From: an uncultured Pirellulales bacterium
Lineage (GTDB): Bacteria > Planctomycetota > Phycisphaerae > Sedimentisphaerales > SM23-30
Direction: 5' to 3'
NCBI GenBank assembly: GCA_964537505.1
Contig: CAZICK010000003.1
Coordinates: 13,321 to 77,320 of the forward strand
Length of the DNA stretch: 64,000 nucleotides
Shown: positions 46,437 to 56,736 of the stretch, one piece after another
How positions within the stretch are numbered: position 1 is the first letter of the stretch
Layout: the number at the start of each line of letters is the position of its first letter
The notes under the pieces: generated by a model
The model's input: only the letters and a program-made list of their open reading frames with translations
Databases searched by the model: none
What the model was told of the DNA's origin: nothing
Position numbers and translations under genes: made by a program

Positions 46437-48568
46437 GTTAACAATTCAATGACATTGGCGATTATCTTCAGGCCAACGTTGTCCTGCAAGGTCAAAATCG
46501 ATTCGGGATGAAACTGGATCGAGGCGATCGGCAATTCCTTATGTGCCAGGGCCATTATTATTTTGTCCTCAGTCTCGGCGATAATATCCAGGCAATCCGG
46601 CAAGGCATCCTTTTTGACGTACAGGCTGTGATATCGCCCGCTGGAAAATGGATTAGCCACATTTTCGAATATCCCTTTCTGATTGTGATAAACCATCGAT
46701 TCCTTACCGTGCATTGGCGTGAGCATTACGCCGAGTTGGGCACCGAAATACTGGGCGATTCCCTGATGGCCCAGGCACACACCGAAAATCGGAATATTAC
46801 GCTTTACGGCTTGTCCGACCAATGTAGGTACTCCCAACTTTTCGGGCGTTTCCGGTCCCGGCGAGATAAACAGCAGGTCGGGCTTGATCTGGTCGAGCTT
46901 TTCCGGGTCGAACCCTTTGCGCAAGGTGATCACTTCCACCCCCGTTTGCCTGACGTAATTGGCAAGCGTATGCACAAAACTATCCAGATTATCCACAAAC
47001 AAAACGCGTTTGCCTTTGTTGATCTTTAAGTGACCCCCTACCGCTGAAATATCTTCATAGTCTTTTATGGTTGCCGCCTGCAGGAATGCCGACGCTTTTA
47101 TGCGTGTTTCTTCATCTTCCTCATTCGGGATCGAATCATACAGCAGCGTAGCGCCGGCCCGCACTTCGGCGACTTTATCATGCAGATGGATTGTTCGGAT
47201 AGTAATACCGGTATTTAATTGTCCGTCGAAAGTGAATAAACCTACGCATCCGCCGTACCATCCCCTGGCACTGTTTTCCAGGTTCTCGATGGTCTGCATA
47301 GCGATGGGTTTCGGCGCTCCGGTCAGCGTACAGGCCCACGTATGCGATAAGAACGCATCGAATATGTCACAATCATCCAGCAGAACGCCTTTCACGTGAT
47401 CGACGGTGTGAAACAATCGCGAATAACTTTCCACCAATCGCCGTCCAACCAGTTGTACCGTGCCCGGCACACACACCCGCGATTTATCATTGCGATCCAC
47501 ATCGGTGCACATCGTAAGTTCCGATTCATCCTTTTTGCTCGACAACAGTTCTCTGATCCGCTCGGAATCCTCCATGGGACTGCCGCCGCGCCTGATAGTA
47601 CCGCTGATCGGACATGTCTCCACTTCCCTGCCTTTCACACGCACAAACATTTCCGGTGACGCTCCGATGAGTTGTTCATCGCCCAGATTAATCAGAAAAT
47701 CATACGGACTGGGATTATTCTTGCGCAGACGGGCAAATATCTCCGACGGAAAATAACCGCACTTAACGCTGAACATCTGTGAAAGCACAACCTCAAAGAA
47801 ATCACCGCACCGGCAGCCCTCTCTTATCTGTTCGACTTTCCCGGCATACTCGCCTTCCTGATGATCACACATTATCTCCGTCGAAGAGATACCCCTGCTC
47901 ATTTCCTGTCGTTGGCCTGTTACGGGAACGCCCTCGGTACTGCCGCCGTGCAGACCGGTGAATTCATAAGAAAGCTTAAAGGCATTTTGTTTTTGACGAT
48001 CTATCGCCACCACGCGGTCCGGCAGAAACAGATGACAATCGGCACCCACTTTACTGCGGTCGTGTTTGAATTCGATCGGCTCAAACTGGAACACCAGGTC
48101 ATACCCAAACGCTCCGAACATGCTCAGATATTCATCGTCACAAGCCATCAAACTGCATATCGCCCGCAAAACCGAAAAAATACTCGGCTGTTTGCTGCGT
48201 TGTTCTTCCGGAAAATCGCTCGGCATGGGAATCACTTCCCCGGTAATCTCTTTGTCTGTGACTTCATAACTTTCCACATGCGGATTTCCCGCCACCGCCC
48301 CCAGCAGCATAGGCAGCATGATTTCCCCTCGCTCATTCAGAGCTCGCAAGGTAAAGCTCCTGCCCCGGCTGATCATCTCGATCGGCGGATCGATAAAACC
48401 GATATCCCATCGTGAATAGCGACCCGGGTAGTCATAGTCACTGGCTAAAACGCAACCTTTAGCCTGATCTATGTTCTTGTAAACATCTGTCAAGGCATCA
48501 GTTACGGCTACCTCCTCCTTGGTCCTGACAACTTTGATTCCGCCTTGAGTTGTAAATGTCTTCTGCAT
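46433..48568 (-). CDS. trpE: Fused anthranilate synthase TrpE(G)
   Basis: YPGRYSRWDIG, NPSPY, GASPEMFVRV, CPISGTIRRG, DVDRNDKSR, then the GATase domain (DSFVHTLANY, GVCLGHQ, QFHPESILT). Confidence 0.95.
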   Translation of the reverse strand: MQKTFTTQGGIKVVRTKEEVAVTDALTDVYKNIDQAKGCVLASDYDYPGRYSRWDIGFIDPPIEMISRGRSFTLRALNERGEIMLPMLLGAVAGNPHVESYEVTDKEITGEVIPMPSDFPEEQRSKQPSIFSVLRAICSLMACDDEYLSMFGAFGYDLVFQFEPIEFKHDRSKVGADCHLFLPDRVVAIDRQKQNAFKLSYEFTGLHGGSTEGVPVTGQRQEMSRGISSTEIMCDHQEGEYAGKVEQIREGCRCGDFFEVVLSQMFSVKCGYFPSEIFARLRKNNPSPYDFLINLGDEQLIGASPEMFVRVKGREVETCPISGTIRRGGSPMEDSERIRELLSSKKDESELTMCTDVDRNDKSRVCVPGTVQLVGRRLVESYSRLFHTVDHVKGVLLDDCDIFDAFLSHTWACTLTGAPKPIAMQTIENLENSARGWYGGCVGLFTFDGQLNTGITIRTIHLHDKVAEVRAGATLLYDSIPNEEDEETRIKASAFLQAATIKDYEDISAVGGHLKINKGKRVLFVDNLDSFVHTLANYVRQTGVEVITLRKGFDPEKLDQIKPDLLFISPGPETPEKLGVPTLVGQAVKRNIPIFGVCLGHQGIAQYFGAQLGVMLTPMHGKESMVYHNQKGIFENVANPFSSGRYHSLYVKKDALPDCLDIIAETEDKIIMALAHKELPIASIQFHPESILTLQDNVGLKIIANVIELLT

Positions 48569-48593
48569 TGTGTTTACTCCTGTTTTGCCAGAC

Positions 48594-48627
48594 AAAAAAA
48601 ACGCGGCCAACCTGATTTTCAGCCGCG
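48594..48627 (-). terminator. trp attenuator terminator
   Basis: CGCGGC...GCCGCG followed by T8 on the minus strand, between the leader peptide and trpE. Confidence 0.85.
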
Positions 48628-48657
48628 ATTTGGTTTATGAAAATACATGCCAGACCT

Positions 48658-48732
48658 CTAGTCGGCAGGCTCACGGCTGCGGCAACTGTGCCACCACCAA
48701 AAATACTGTACTTTTACGGTCGTTTGCGGCAT
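48658..48732 (-). CDS. trpL: Trp operon leader peptide, 24 aa (absent from ORF track)
   Basis: MPQTTVKVQYFWWWHSCRSREPAD* with three tandem TGG codons and an AGGAG RBS. Confidence 0.88.
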   Translation of the reverse strand: MPQTTVKVQYFWWWHSCRSREPAD

Positions 48733-48758
48733 TTCCGAACTCCTGTAAACCAGCATTC

Positions 48759-48787
48759 ATTAAACCACATCCGCCGCCCAAAGTCAA
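48759..48787 (-). promoter_or_regulatory. Sigma70-type trp promoter
   Basis: TTGACT-N17-TTTAAT with TG just upstream of the -10. Confidence 0.6.
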
Positions 48788-48842
48788 TAATAAAATCTCC
48801 ATTCTTCCGGCCGCCCTGCCATCGTGTTTTTATCGCTTATTG

Positions 48843-50630
48843 TCAGGATAGCTTAATGTCTTTCGCGATCATTTCCACCGTCGTATTGCCGTTGTAGCGA
48901 TTAATTGTCGGCTCGAAGACCAGATCAAAACTCTCCGCATCGATCAGCTTTTTCTCCCAACTAGCTTTTCCAAATGCCGCCACACGCATTATCCCACCGG
49001 GACGCAAATGTGCCTGACTATCTCCCGCCGCGGCCACGGTAAATTGCAAGTGTGCTCCTTTTTTACCCATCCGGCGGGGCTGCTCGACCAACTGCAAATT
49101 GCGTATTACCAACTGCACTCTGGGATTGCCCATTCCAAATGGTTCCAATCTTTTGATCATCTCCACTGCCGCCACGTCAAGTTCATCCAGCCCCACTTCC
49201 GCGTCAATATCAATTCTATCGACCAAATCTTCCTCGCTTAGATGTTTGTTGACACAATCATTAAATGCCTGGCGAAATGCCTCGGTCTTGTTCGGTGCAA
49301 TGGTCAATCCCGCCGCCATGGCGTGTCCCCCGAAACTAAGCAAATACTGCGAACAATTCTGCAACCCCCGGCACATATCGAACCCTTTCACGCTGCGACA
49401 CGAACCTCTGTGCGTACCGTTTGCATGCGAGATTACGATAGCAGGTCGATGGTACTTATCTACAATTCGACTGGCAACAATACCAATCACTCCGGCGTGC
49501 CAGTCTTCTCCCGCCACCACAATTCCCTTCAACTCTTTATCTTGCAATTTCAACTGTTCCACCTGCGCCATCGCTTCAGTGGTGATCTCTTTTTCCACCT
49601 TTTGCCGAAGTCGATTTTGCCCCTCCAGGTAATTAGCAATCTCCAGGGCTTGCTGGAAACTGCTTTTTGTGAACAACTCCACCGCCAGACGGGCATGACC
49701 CATCCGCCCGGCCGCGTTCAATTTTGGCGCCAACCGAAATCCGATATGACTACTGTCGAGTTTTTGTCCTTCCAGTCCTGCTGCTTTTATTATCGCCTTG
49801 ATCCCGGCATCCTCACTGTTGGCTAACCCTTCCAGTCCAAACCGTGCCAGCAATCTGTTCTCACCCAAAAGCGGCACCACATCCGCTATTGTCCCCAACG
49901 CCACCAGCGACGTGGCCGAAAGCAAAAACTCCCGAAATTCATCCGACACCTTCTTCGTACCAGAAAATTCCTGCCCTAACGCCCAGGCCAGCTTGAACGC
50001 CACCCCCGCACCGCACAGGAATTTGTTGGCATAATCCTGTCCTTCCATATCCGGATGTACTATCACCTGAGCCGGCGCCGGTTGGCCTTCAATTTGATGA
50101 TGATCGGTAATAATCAGTTCCATTCCCAACTCCACCGCCCTTTGAACCGACTTGTGCGCCGTTATTCCGCAATCCACGGTTACAATCAGCTTGGCCCCAC
50201 GCTCGGCCAGTTGCTCCATCGCTTCCACGTTGAGCCCATAGCCCTCCTCGATCCGGTGCGGCACATAATATTCCACTTCCACCCCCGCCAGTTTCAGGCA
50301 CCGCCACAAAATCACCACCCCCGCAATCCCGTCAACATCATAATCACCATAGATAACGATTTTTTCGTTATTACTGATCGCACGACGGATCCGTTTTACC
50401 GCCGCGGCCATTCCCAGCAGTCTTTCGGGTTCGATCAAATCGTTAAGACTCGGCTGCAAAAACTTCTGCGCCTCTTCAAAACTGCTCACACCTCGATTAC
50501 GCAGCAGTTGCACCACAAGCTCCGATACGCGCAGCTTACCTGCCAACTCCTTGCGATCTTCCCAAACCGGAGCAATACACCACCTACTCGTTTTATTCCC
50601 TTGCTTAACTTTTACTTTACTCACCAACAT
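48843..50630 (-). CDS. recJ: Single-stranded DNA exonuclease RecJ (start approximate)
   Basis: YGDYDVDG, PHRIEEGYGL, TVDCG, ITDHH, LGTIADVVPL, LNAAGR, GGHAMAAG. Confidence 0.96.
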   Translation of the reverse strand: MLVSKVKVKQGNKTSRWCIAPVWEDRKELAGKLRVSELVVQLLRNRGVSSFEEAQKFLQPSLNDLIEPERLLGMAAAVKRIRRAISNNEKIVIYGDYDVDGIAGVVILWRCLKLAGVEVEYYVPHRIEEGYGLNVEAMEQLAERGAKLIVTVDCGITAHKSVQRAVELGMELIITDHHQIEGQPAPAQVIVHPDMEGQDYANKFLCGAGVAFKLAWALGQEFSGTKKVSDEFREFLLSATSLVALGTIADVVPLLGENRLLARFGLEGLANSEDAGIKAIIKAAGLEGQKLDSSHIGFRLAPKLNAAGRMGHARLAVELFTKSSFQQALEIANYLEGQNRLRQKVEKEITTEAMAQVEQLKLQDKELKGIVVAGEDWHAGVIGIVASRIVDKYHRPAIVISHANGTHRGSCRSVKGFDMCRGLQNCSQYLLSFGGHAMAAGLTIAPNKTEAFRQAFNDCVNKHLSEEDLVDRIDIDAEVGLDELDVAAVEMIKRLEPFGMGNPRVQLVIRNLQLVEQPRRMGKKGAHLQFTVAAAGDSQAHLRPGGIMRVAAFGKASWEKKLIDAESFDLVFEPTINRYNGNTTVEMIAKDIKLS

Positions 50631-50690
50631 CTCCACTATAGCGATGTATGCCCACATTCCCTGCCTGAGCATATCTTCTTTAGCGAATCT

Positions 50691-51464
50691 CTACTCAAAA
50701 TATCGCACCGCATTCGTAAAAATATTCAGCCCGTCAGCTTGCTGTACATCCTCTCGTGTCCAGCGTGGATGATGTGTCCGATGCACAAACCGTTCCGGGT
50801 GCGGCATCAACCCCAACACCCGACCGGTCGGATCGCACAAGCCTGCTATGTGATCAGTCGAACCGTTCGGGTTAACCGGATAGTCGCCGAATTTGCCGTC
50901 TTTATCGACATATCGAAACGCTATCTGCCCATCTTCTTTCACCTGCTCCAGAAGTTCTTCCCGTGCAAAGCAGACTTTTCCCTCCCCGTGCGCCACCGGC
51001 AGATAAATACGCTGACATGGATCGACAAACACGCATTTATCCGTCCCCGGCTCCAGATACACCCAGCGATCCTCAAATTTACCCGAATCATTATAGGTAA
51101 TCGTTGTGTGAAGTTTTGTCCCGTTATGGTTTACACCCGGCAGTATTCCTGCCTTCACCAGCACCTGAAAACCATTACAAACCCCCAGCACCAGTTTATC
51201 AGCATCTATGAACTGCCGCACCTGATCGTTGAAATGATGGATCAGTTGGTTAGCCAGTATCTTACCTGCCGCGATATCATCACCGTAGCTGAACCCGCCC
51301 GGAAGCGCCAATATCTGATAATCCGCCAGCACCTCCGGTTCGCCAATCAACCGATTGACATGAACCGTCTCCGCTTTGGCACCTGCCATATCGAACGCCC
51401 AGCACATCTCCTGATCGCAATTCGTCCCCGCCGTCCGCAATACTAATACTCTTATTTCTGCCAT
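50691..51464 (-). CDS. purQ: FGAM synthase glutaminase subunit
   Basis: GTNCD, GGFSYGD, GVCNGFQ, AHGEG, MPHPER. Confidence 0.96.
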   Translation of the reverse strand: MAEIRVLVLRTAGTNCDQEMCWAFDMAGAKAETVHVNRLIGEPEVLADYQILALPGGFSYGDDIAAGKILANQLIHHFNDQVRQFIDADKLVLGVCNGFQVLVKAGILPGVNHNGTKLHTTITYNDSGKFEDRWVYLEPGTDKCVFVDPCQRIYLPVAHGEGKVCFAREELLEQVKEDGQIAFRYVDKDGKFGDYPVNPNGSTDHIAGLCDPTGRVLGLMPHPERFVHRTHHPRWTREDVQQADGLNIFTNAVRYFE

Positions 51465-51539
51465 AAACTTCGTTTTTACCTATAATGCGTAGCACGCCTG
51501 CACACAACTCAGCTATGCTTTATTGCCAACTTTCCGTTT

Positions 51540-54434
51540 TCACCAGCGTAACGGTTTCTGCCACGCCTCCTTCAAATCCGCTATTCCCGCATCGACAACT
51601 TTTTTGTTGCCTGCGTCTTTAATAATCAGCCTCGTCTGGTCTGTTACCTTACCAATCTCGCCGAACCGTATATTTTTGCAAATCTCCGCCAGCCTGCCAA
51701 GGCCCTCCGGAGCAATCTCGACTATAAATCGTGATGTGCTTTCACTGAACAGCACCTGATCATTGCGCAAAACATTCCGACTACACGGCACATTACCGAG
51801 GTTAGCTTCAATTCCGAGTCCACCCGCGAAGGCCATCTCCGCCAATGCCACCGCCAACCCTCCTTCACTGCAGTCGTGACACGCGGCTATCAATCCTTCT
51901 CTAATCGCCTCAGCCACCGCCGCTATCACTTTCGGTCCCGCCTGCAAATCCACCCGCGGTACATTCGCACCGAGTTGCCCATGTCCTTTGTAATAACAAG
52001 ACGCCCCCAGTTCGTCTTTCGTCTCTCCTATAATCAAAATCAAATCCCCCGCCTTTTTGGCATCCATCGTAACACAGCGATTAACATCTTCCACCATCGC
52101 CATTGCACTGATCAGCAGGGTTCCCGGAATATTGATCGTTTCGCCGTTTTCGGTAACAAACTCGTTATTGAGCGAATCCTTACCGGAAATAAATGGTGTC
52201 CCGTACGCCATCGCCGCGTCATAACAGCCCTGACCAGCCCGCACCAGTCCACCCAGCCGGTCCGGCTTATCGCAATTACCCCAGCAGAAGTTATCCAGGA
52301 GCGCTATCCGCCCAGGCACCCCCCCCACCGCCACGACGTTGCGCACCGCTTCGTCAATCGCCGCCATCGCCATCCAATAGGGATCGATATCACTGTATTG
52401 CGGACAGATACCGCATCCGATCGCAACACCCATATCCTTACTCAGAATTGGCCTGATCACCGACGCGTCGCCAGGTCCATCATTTTCCACCCCGACCATC
52501 GGCTTAATCGCTGAGCCGCCCTGCACCTCGTGATCATACTGCCGGACGACCCATTCCTTACTGGCAACGTTGTAGTCAGCCAGTATCTTCTTGAGGTCAT
52601 CGGTATAATCCGTTTTTTCAGGGAGTTCCGGTTCGATCAGGTCCGGCATCCGCCAAACAGCCTTTCGCGTATATTTTGGCAGCCCGTTATGCAGAAACTC
52701 CATATCCAACTCGCCAACCGTCTGGCCGTTATAACGCAGTTCCAGTTTCCCATCATTTCCGAACCTGCCGATGACCGTCGCTTCCACATTTTCACTGGCG
52801 AATATCTCCTTTATTCTTTCCAGGTTTTCCGGCGGCACTGCGATAACCATTCGTTCCTGCGCTTCGCTGATCCATATTTCGGTATAGTTGAGCCCATCAT
52901 ACTTCAACGGCACCTTTTCCAGATCGACTACTGCCCCCAGTTTTTCTCCCATTTCGCCCACTGCGCTGCTAAGCCCACCAGCTCCGCAATCGGTTATAGC
53001 CACATACAATCCCTCGTCACGGGCCTTGATCAGCGTATCGAGCATCTTTTTTTCGGTGATCGCGTTACCAATCTGCACCGCATGGGAAAACAATGATTCA
53101 TGTTCATGCGTCATCTCACCGCTGCTAAACGTAGCGCCATGGATGCCGTCCCGTCCGGTTCGCCCGCCCACCACCATTATCAGACTACCCTCCGGGACGC
53201 AGCCGAAACACTTCTCACGCGGTATCAAACCGATATTCCCACAAAATACCAGCGGATTGCCTATATAACGGTCATCGAACAGCACCGCCCCATTGACCGT
53301 CGGTATTCCCATCCGATTACCATAATCACGCACCCCGCTGACAACTCCTTTCATCACACGCCGCGGATGCAAAACTCCAGCCGGCAACTGATCGACACCC
53401 TTGTCCGGCTCGGCAAAGCAAAAAATATCCGTATTGGCAATAGGCTTGGCCCCCAATCCGGTCCCCATCGGATCACGAATACATCCTCCTATCCCGGTTG
53501 CCGCGCCGCCGTAAGGCTCGATTGCCGATGGATGGTTATGCGTTTCAACCTTGAAGCAGACCGCAAAGTCCTCATCAAAGGCAACCACACCGGAATTATC
53601 CTTGAATACCGATATGCACCATGGTTTGTCCAATTCACGGGTCGCTCGGGCCACGGTTGATTTCAATAAATTATCAATAGTATTCTTTCGCTCATCGCCG
53701 TTTTTATCGATTTCGGTTAGTTCGATCACACCGCGAAATGTCTTGTGCACACAGTGCTCACTCCATGTCTGCGCCAGCGTTTCCAGCTCGACGTCGCTCG
53801 GTTCCCGCCCCAGTCGGCGGTAATAATCCCGAATTGCCCGCATCTCCGCCGAATTCAAAAAAAGATCCATCCGTTTGCTCAGACCTTCCAGCTCCCGATC
53901 TTCCATCTGCCTTATCGGCAGATGCGTTATTTCGAGTTGATAAGCTTTGACATGCCAACTGGGCGGCTGGTCATCGGCTCCGAAAATTACTTCTTCTATG
54001 CAATCATTGCTCAGAACCTTTTGAGCGATCGTCTGCTTTTGCTTATTGCTCAGACTACCCAGAATGATGTATTTTCGTGCCGTACGCACACTTCGGGCCT
54101 TAAGCCCCATATCGGTAATAGCCATCACCGCCGAATCCGCTACGGGATCGGTTACCCCCGGCTTGAGATGCACTTCCAGCAACGTCGCCTGCGCCAATCC
54201 GGCCGGCGCCCCTGTCCGGCCAAGTTGATATCCTTCGCTTACCGGATCAACCAAAAGCTCCACAGCAATCTGATGCAGTTGTTTGTCGTCAAACTCTCCT
54301 TCAATCAGGAAAACCCGCATTGACTGAACTACTTCTACTGTCTCTATTCCCAGTTGTCTGATATCGGCTGATACTTCTTCGCCATGGACATCCAGATACT
54401 CAGGTTTGTTAAATACCTCGATACGGTGCGTCAT
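51540..54434 (-). CDS. purL: FGAM synthase PurL with two N-terminal PurS-like modules
   Basis: WSEHCVHK, KVETHNHPSAIEPYGGAATG, GRTGRDGIHGA, SESQ-like SEAQER, HDCSEGG. N-terminal LVDPVSE and LSNDCIE modules. Confidence 0.95.
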   Translation of the reverse strand: MTHRIEVFNKPEYLDVHGEEVSADIRQLGIETVEVVQSMRVFLIEGEFDDKQLHQIAVELLVDPVSEGYQLGRTGAPAGLAQATLLEVHLKPGVTDPVADSAVMAITDMGLKARSVRTARKYIILGSLSNKQKQTIAQKVLSNDCIEEVIFGADDQPPSWHVKAYQLEITHLPIRQMEDRELEGLSKRMDLFLNSAEMRAIRDYYRRLGREPSDVELETLAQTWSEHCVHKTFRGVIELTEIDKNGDERKNTIDNLLKSTVARATRELDKPWCISVFKDNSGVVAFDEDFAVCFKVETHNHPSAIEPYGGAATGIGGCIRDPMGTGLGAKPIANTDIFCFAEPDKGVDQLPAGVLHPRRVMKGVVSGVRDYGNRMGIPTVNGAVLFDDRYIGNPLVFCGNIGLIPREKCFGCVPEGSLIMVVGGRTGRDGIHGATFSSGEMTHEHESLFSHAVQIGNAITEKKMLDTLIKARDEGLYVAITDCGAGGLSSAVGEMGEKLGAVVDLEKVPLKYDGLNYTEIWISEAQERMVIAVPPENLERIKEIFASENVEATVIGRFGNDGKLELRYNGQTVGELDMEFLHNGLPKYTRKAVWRMPDLIEPELPEKTDYTDDLKKILADYNVASKEWVVRQYDHEVQGGSAIKPMVGVENDGPGDASVIRPILSKDMGVAIGCGICPQYSDIDPYWMAMAAIDEAVRNVVAVGGVPGRIALLDNFCWGNCDKPDRLGGLVRAGQGCYDAAMAYGTPFISGKDSLNNEFVTENGETINIPGTLLISAMAMVEDVNRCVTMDAKKAGDLILIIGETKDELGASCYYKGHGQLGANVPRVDLQAGPKVIAAVAEAIREGLIAACHDCSEGGLAVALAEMAFAGGLGIEANLGNVPCSRNVLRNDQVLFSESTSRFIVEIAPEGLGRLAEICKNIRFGEIGKVTDQTRLIIKDAGNKKVVDAGIADLKEAWQKPLRW

Positions 54435-55315
54435 TATATCGGCAGTTCCTTCCGTCTTAGTTTCCTTTCGACCAGACCATTCCGTTTGGCCTGGGCTTTA
54501 CTCAGCATTTTCATAATCGCTTTATCGTTACCGTCCTGCAGAGCTTTTTCTATTTGCTCCAGTTCTTTTATCACTCGTTCGATTGCCGCTTTGGTATTAG
54601 CCGCATTGCTCATCAGGATATCACGCCACACTCCCGGCGGCCCTGACGATATTCGCGTTGTATCCAGAAATCCTTTGCCGCACATCAGCATCTGTTGAGG
54701 ATCGGAGCTGTTCACCAACGCCACCGCCAGCACATGCGGCAGATGACTGATCCGCGCCAGCACACGGTCATGCTCTGCCGGTTTCATTTGAGAAACCTGC
54801 ATTTCCAGTCCTTGCCAGAATTCAGACAAGAATCTGATGGTTTTCTGAGTCGTTTTGGCTGTTGGCGTAATAATGCAGTGCGACCCGTCAAAAAGATCGG
54901 CCCGCGCAAATTCCACGCCTCGCTGTTCCGAACCGGCTATCGGATGCGAACCCAAAAACTCGACCCTCGTGGGTAAATACCTGCCGGCCCAGCGTATCGG
55001 AAATACTTTGGTACTGCCAACATCCGTCACCACACAGCCTTTGGGTAAAAAGTCAGCCATCTCCTTCATCAGACCTTCAAATGTCCCGATCGGACTGGTC
55101 AATACAACCAATTGTGCCTGGCTTACCGCCTCGCCCACCGTCGCGCAACTGACATCGATCACACCGGCGGCAAGTGCTTTATCACGCGTAACCGCCCGAT
55201 GACTGTACCCAAAACGCCTTACTTGCGGAAATACACGATTGACCGCCAGGCCCAAAGACCCGCCCAGCAGCCCCAATCCTATTATAGATATACTCTCTAA
55301 TTCCTTTGTTTTCAC
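54434..55315 (-). CDS. tyrA: Prephenate/arogenate dehydrogenase
   Basis: IIGLGLLGGS, TDVGSTK, HPIAGSE, HDRVLARISHLPH, DTTRI. Confidence 0.92.
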   Translation of the reverse strand: MKTKELESISIIGLGLLGGSLGLAVNRVFPQVRRFGYSHRAVTRDKALAAGVIDVSCATVGEAVSQAQLVVLTSPIGTFEGLMKEMADFLPKGCVVTDVGSTKVFPIRWAGRYLPTRVEFLGSHPIAGSEQRGVEFARADLFDGSHCIITPTAKTTQKTIRFLSEFWQGLEMQVSQMKPAEHDRVLARISHLPHVLAVALVNSSDPQQMLMCGKGFLDTTRISSGPPGVWRDILMSNAANTKAAIERVIKELEQIEKALQDGNDKAIMKMLSKAQAKRNGLVERKLRRKELPI

Positions 55316-55571
55316 AACTTTACAACCTCCATGTTTCCGGTGGTCAACAACCTAAGAGTATCCGCAGTCCCCAAAGATGTCAAATTTTTTCTTGCTATCG
55401 GCTTTTACATCAAGTATCATTGTTCGTTTAGTATCTTATTGCCAGTTAACTTGAGAATCTGTTTTTAACTTACGTTGCCCCGTTAAGTTGGCATAAGAGC
55501 CATTATCCCGGGTTGTTTGTTGCAATTAGCCAGGCTCGGGAGTGTCACTAATAGCCAGGATGAGCATACTG

Positions 55572-56678
55572 ATGAGGCAGACCAACAATTTAGGCGATTT
55601 AAACATCGCGGTATCGAATAATCCCAACGGCAACGGTTGCCTGGATTTCGAAAAGCCCTTGGCCGACCTGGAAACGCAGATTGCCGAGCTACAGTCCCTA
55701 CAGAGCGTCAAGGGAATCGATTATTCCCCGGAAATCCGTCAGTTGCGATCTAATCTCGTCGGTCTGACAAATAAAATATACAACAATCTTTCCGCCTGGG
55801 AGACGGTTCAGGTCTCCCGCCATCCTCGTCGGCCCTTGGTGCCAGACTATCTTGACATGATGGTCAAAAACTTTCGAGAATTACACGGCGACCGCTGTTT
55901 TGGCGACGATCGTGCCATAATTACCGGTTTTGGTCACATCGGCCGCGAAAAAGTTATGATCGTCGGTCATAACAAAGGCCGATCCACCAAAGAAAAAATC
56001 GATTGTAATTTTGGTTGCGCCCACCCGGAGGGATACCGCAAGGCACTGCTCAAAATGAAACTGGCTGAGAAATTCCAGCTACCCATCGTTTGTCTGATCG
56101 ATACGCCAGGCGCTTATCCAGGCATCGGCGCCGAGGAACGCGGCCAGGCTCAGGCCATTGCCGTCAGTCTCATGGAAATGGCAGCCCTGACGGTCCCCAT
56201 TGTGTGTGTTGTCATTGGCGAAGGAGGTTCCGGCGGCGCCCTGGGTATTGGCGTAGGAGACCGCCTGGACATTATGCAGTTTGCCTACTACTCGGTCATT
56301 TCTCCAGAGGGATGTGCCGCCATCCTATGGAAGGACGGCGCCGAGGCCCCAAGGGCCGCCGAGGCCCTTAAACTCACCGCCGGAGACCTGGCAAAAATGG
56401 GAGTCGTCGATCATATCATCCCCGAACCACTCGGCGGCGCTCACCGCAACCCACACGAAGCGGTCCACAACCTTGAAACACACCTGATCAAAACCATCCG
56501 AGACCTGCGCCGCTATAAAATCGAAAATCTCATAGAAAACCGCTACCGCAGACTACGTAATGTCGGCAAGTTCGACCTCAGCGAAAAAACTCCCGTCGTT
56601 TCCGATACCATCCGTACTGCCCCCACTCGTGAAATCGTCGCCAAATCTCCCAGCCGCCGCAAAATCGCCAAAACCTGA
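55572..56678 (+). CDS. accA: Acetyl-CoA carboxylase carboxyltransferase alpha subunit (start uncertain)
   Basis: ELHGDR.FGDD, GYRKALL, IDTPGAYPG, GEGGSGGALG, YSVISPEGCAAILWK. Confidence 0.95.
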   Translation: MRQTNNLGDLNIAVSNNPNGNGCLDFEKPLADLETQIAELQSLQSVKGIDYSPEIRQLRSNLVGLTNKIYNNLSAWETVQVSRHPRRPLVPDYLDMMVKNFRELHGDRCFGDDRAIITGFGHIGREKVMIVGHNKGRSTKEKIDCNFGCAHPEGYRKALLKMKLAEKFQLPIVCLIDTPGAYPGIGAEERGQAQAIAVSLMEMAALTVPIVCVVIGEGGSGGALGIGVGDRLDIMQFAYYSVISPEGCAAILWKDGAEAPRAAEALKLTAGDLAKMGVVDHIIPEPLGGAHRNPHEAVHNLETHLIKTIRDLRRYKIENLIENRYRRLRNVGKFDLSEKTPVVSDTIRTAPTREIVAKSPSRRKIAKT

Positions 56679-56736
56679 CCTCACCTTCCGCCGGGCTATA
56701 AAAAGTGCGAAAGTTAAGTGAGCCATTAAAAAGATT

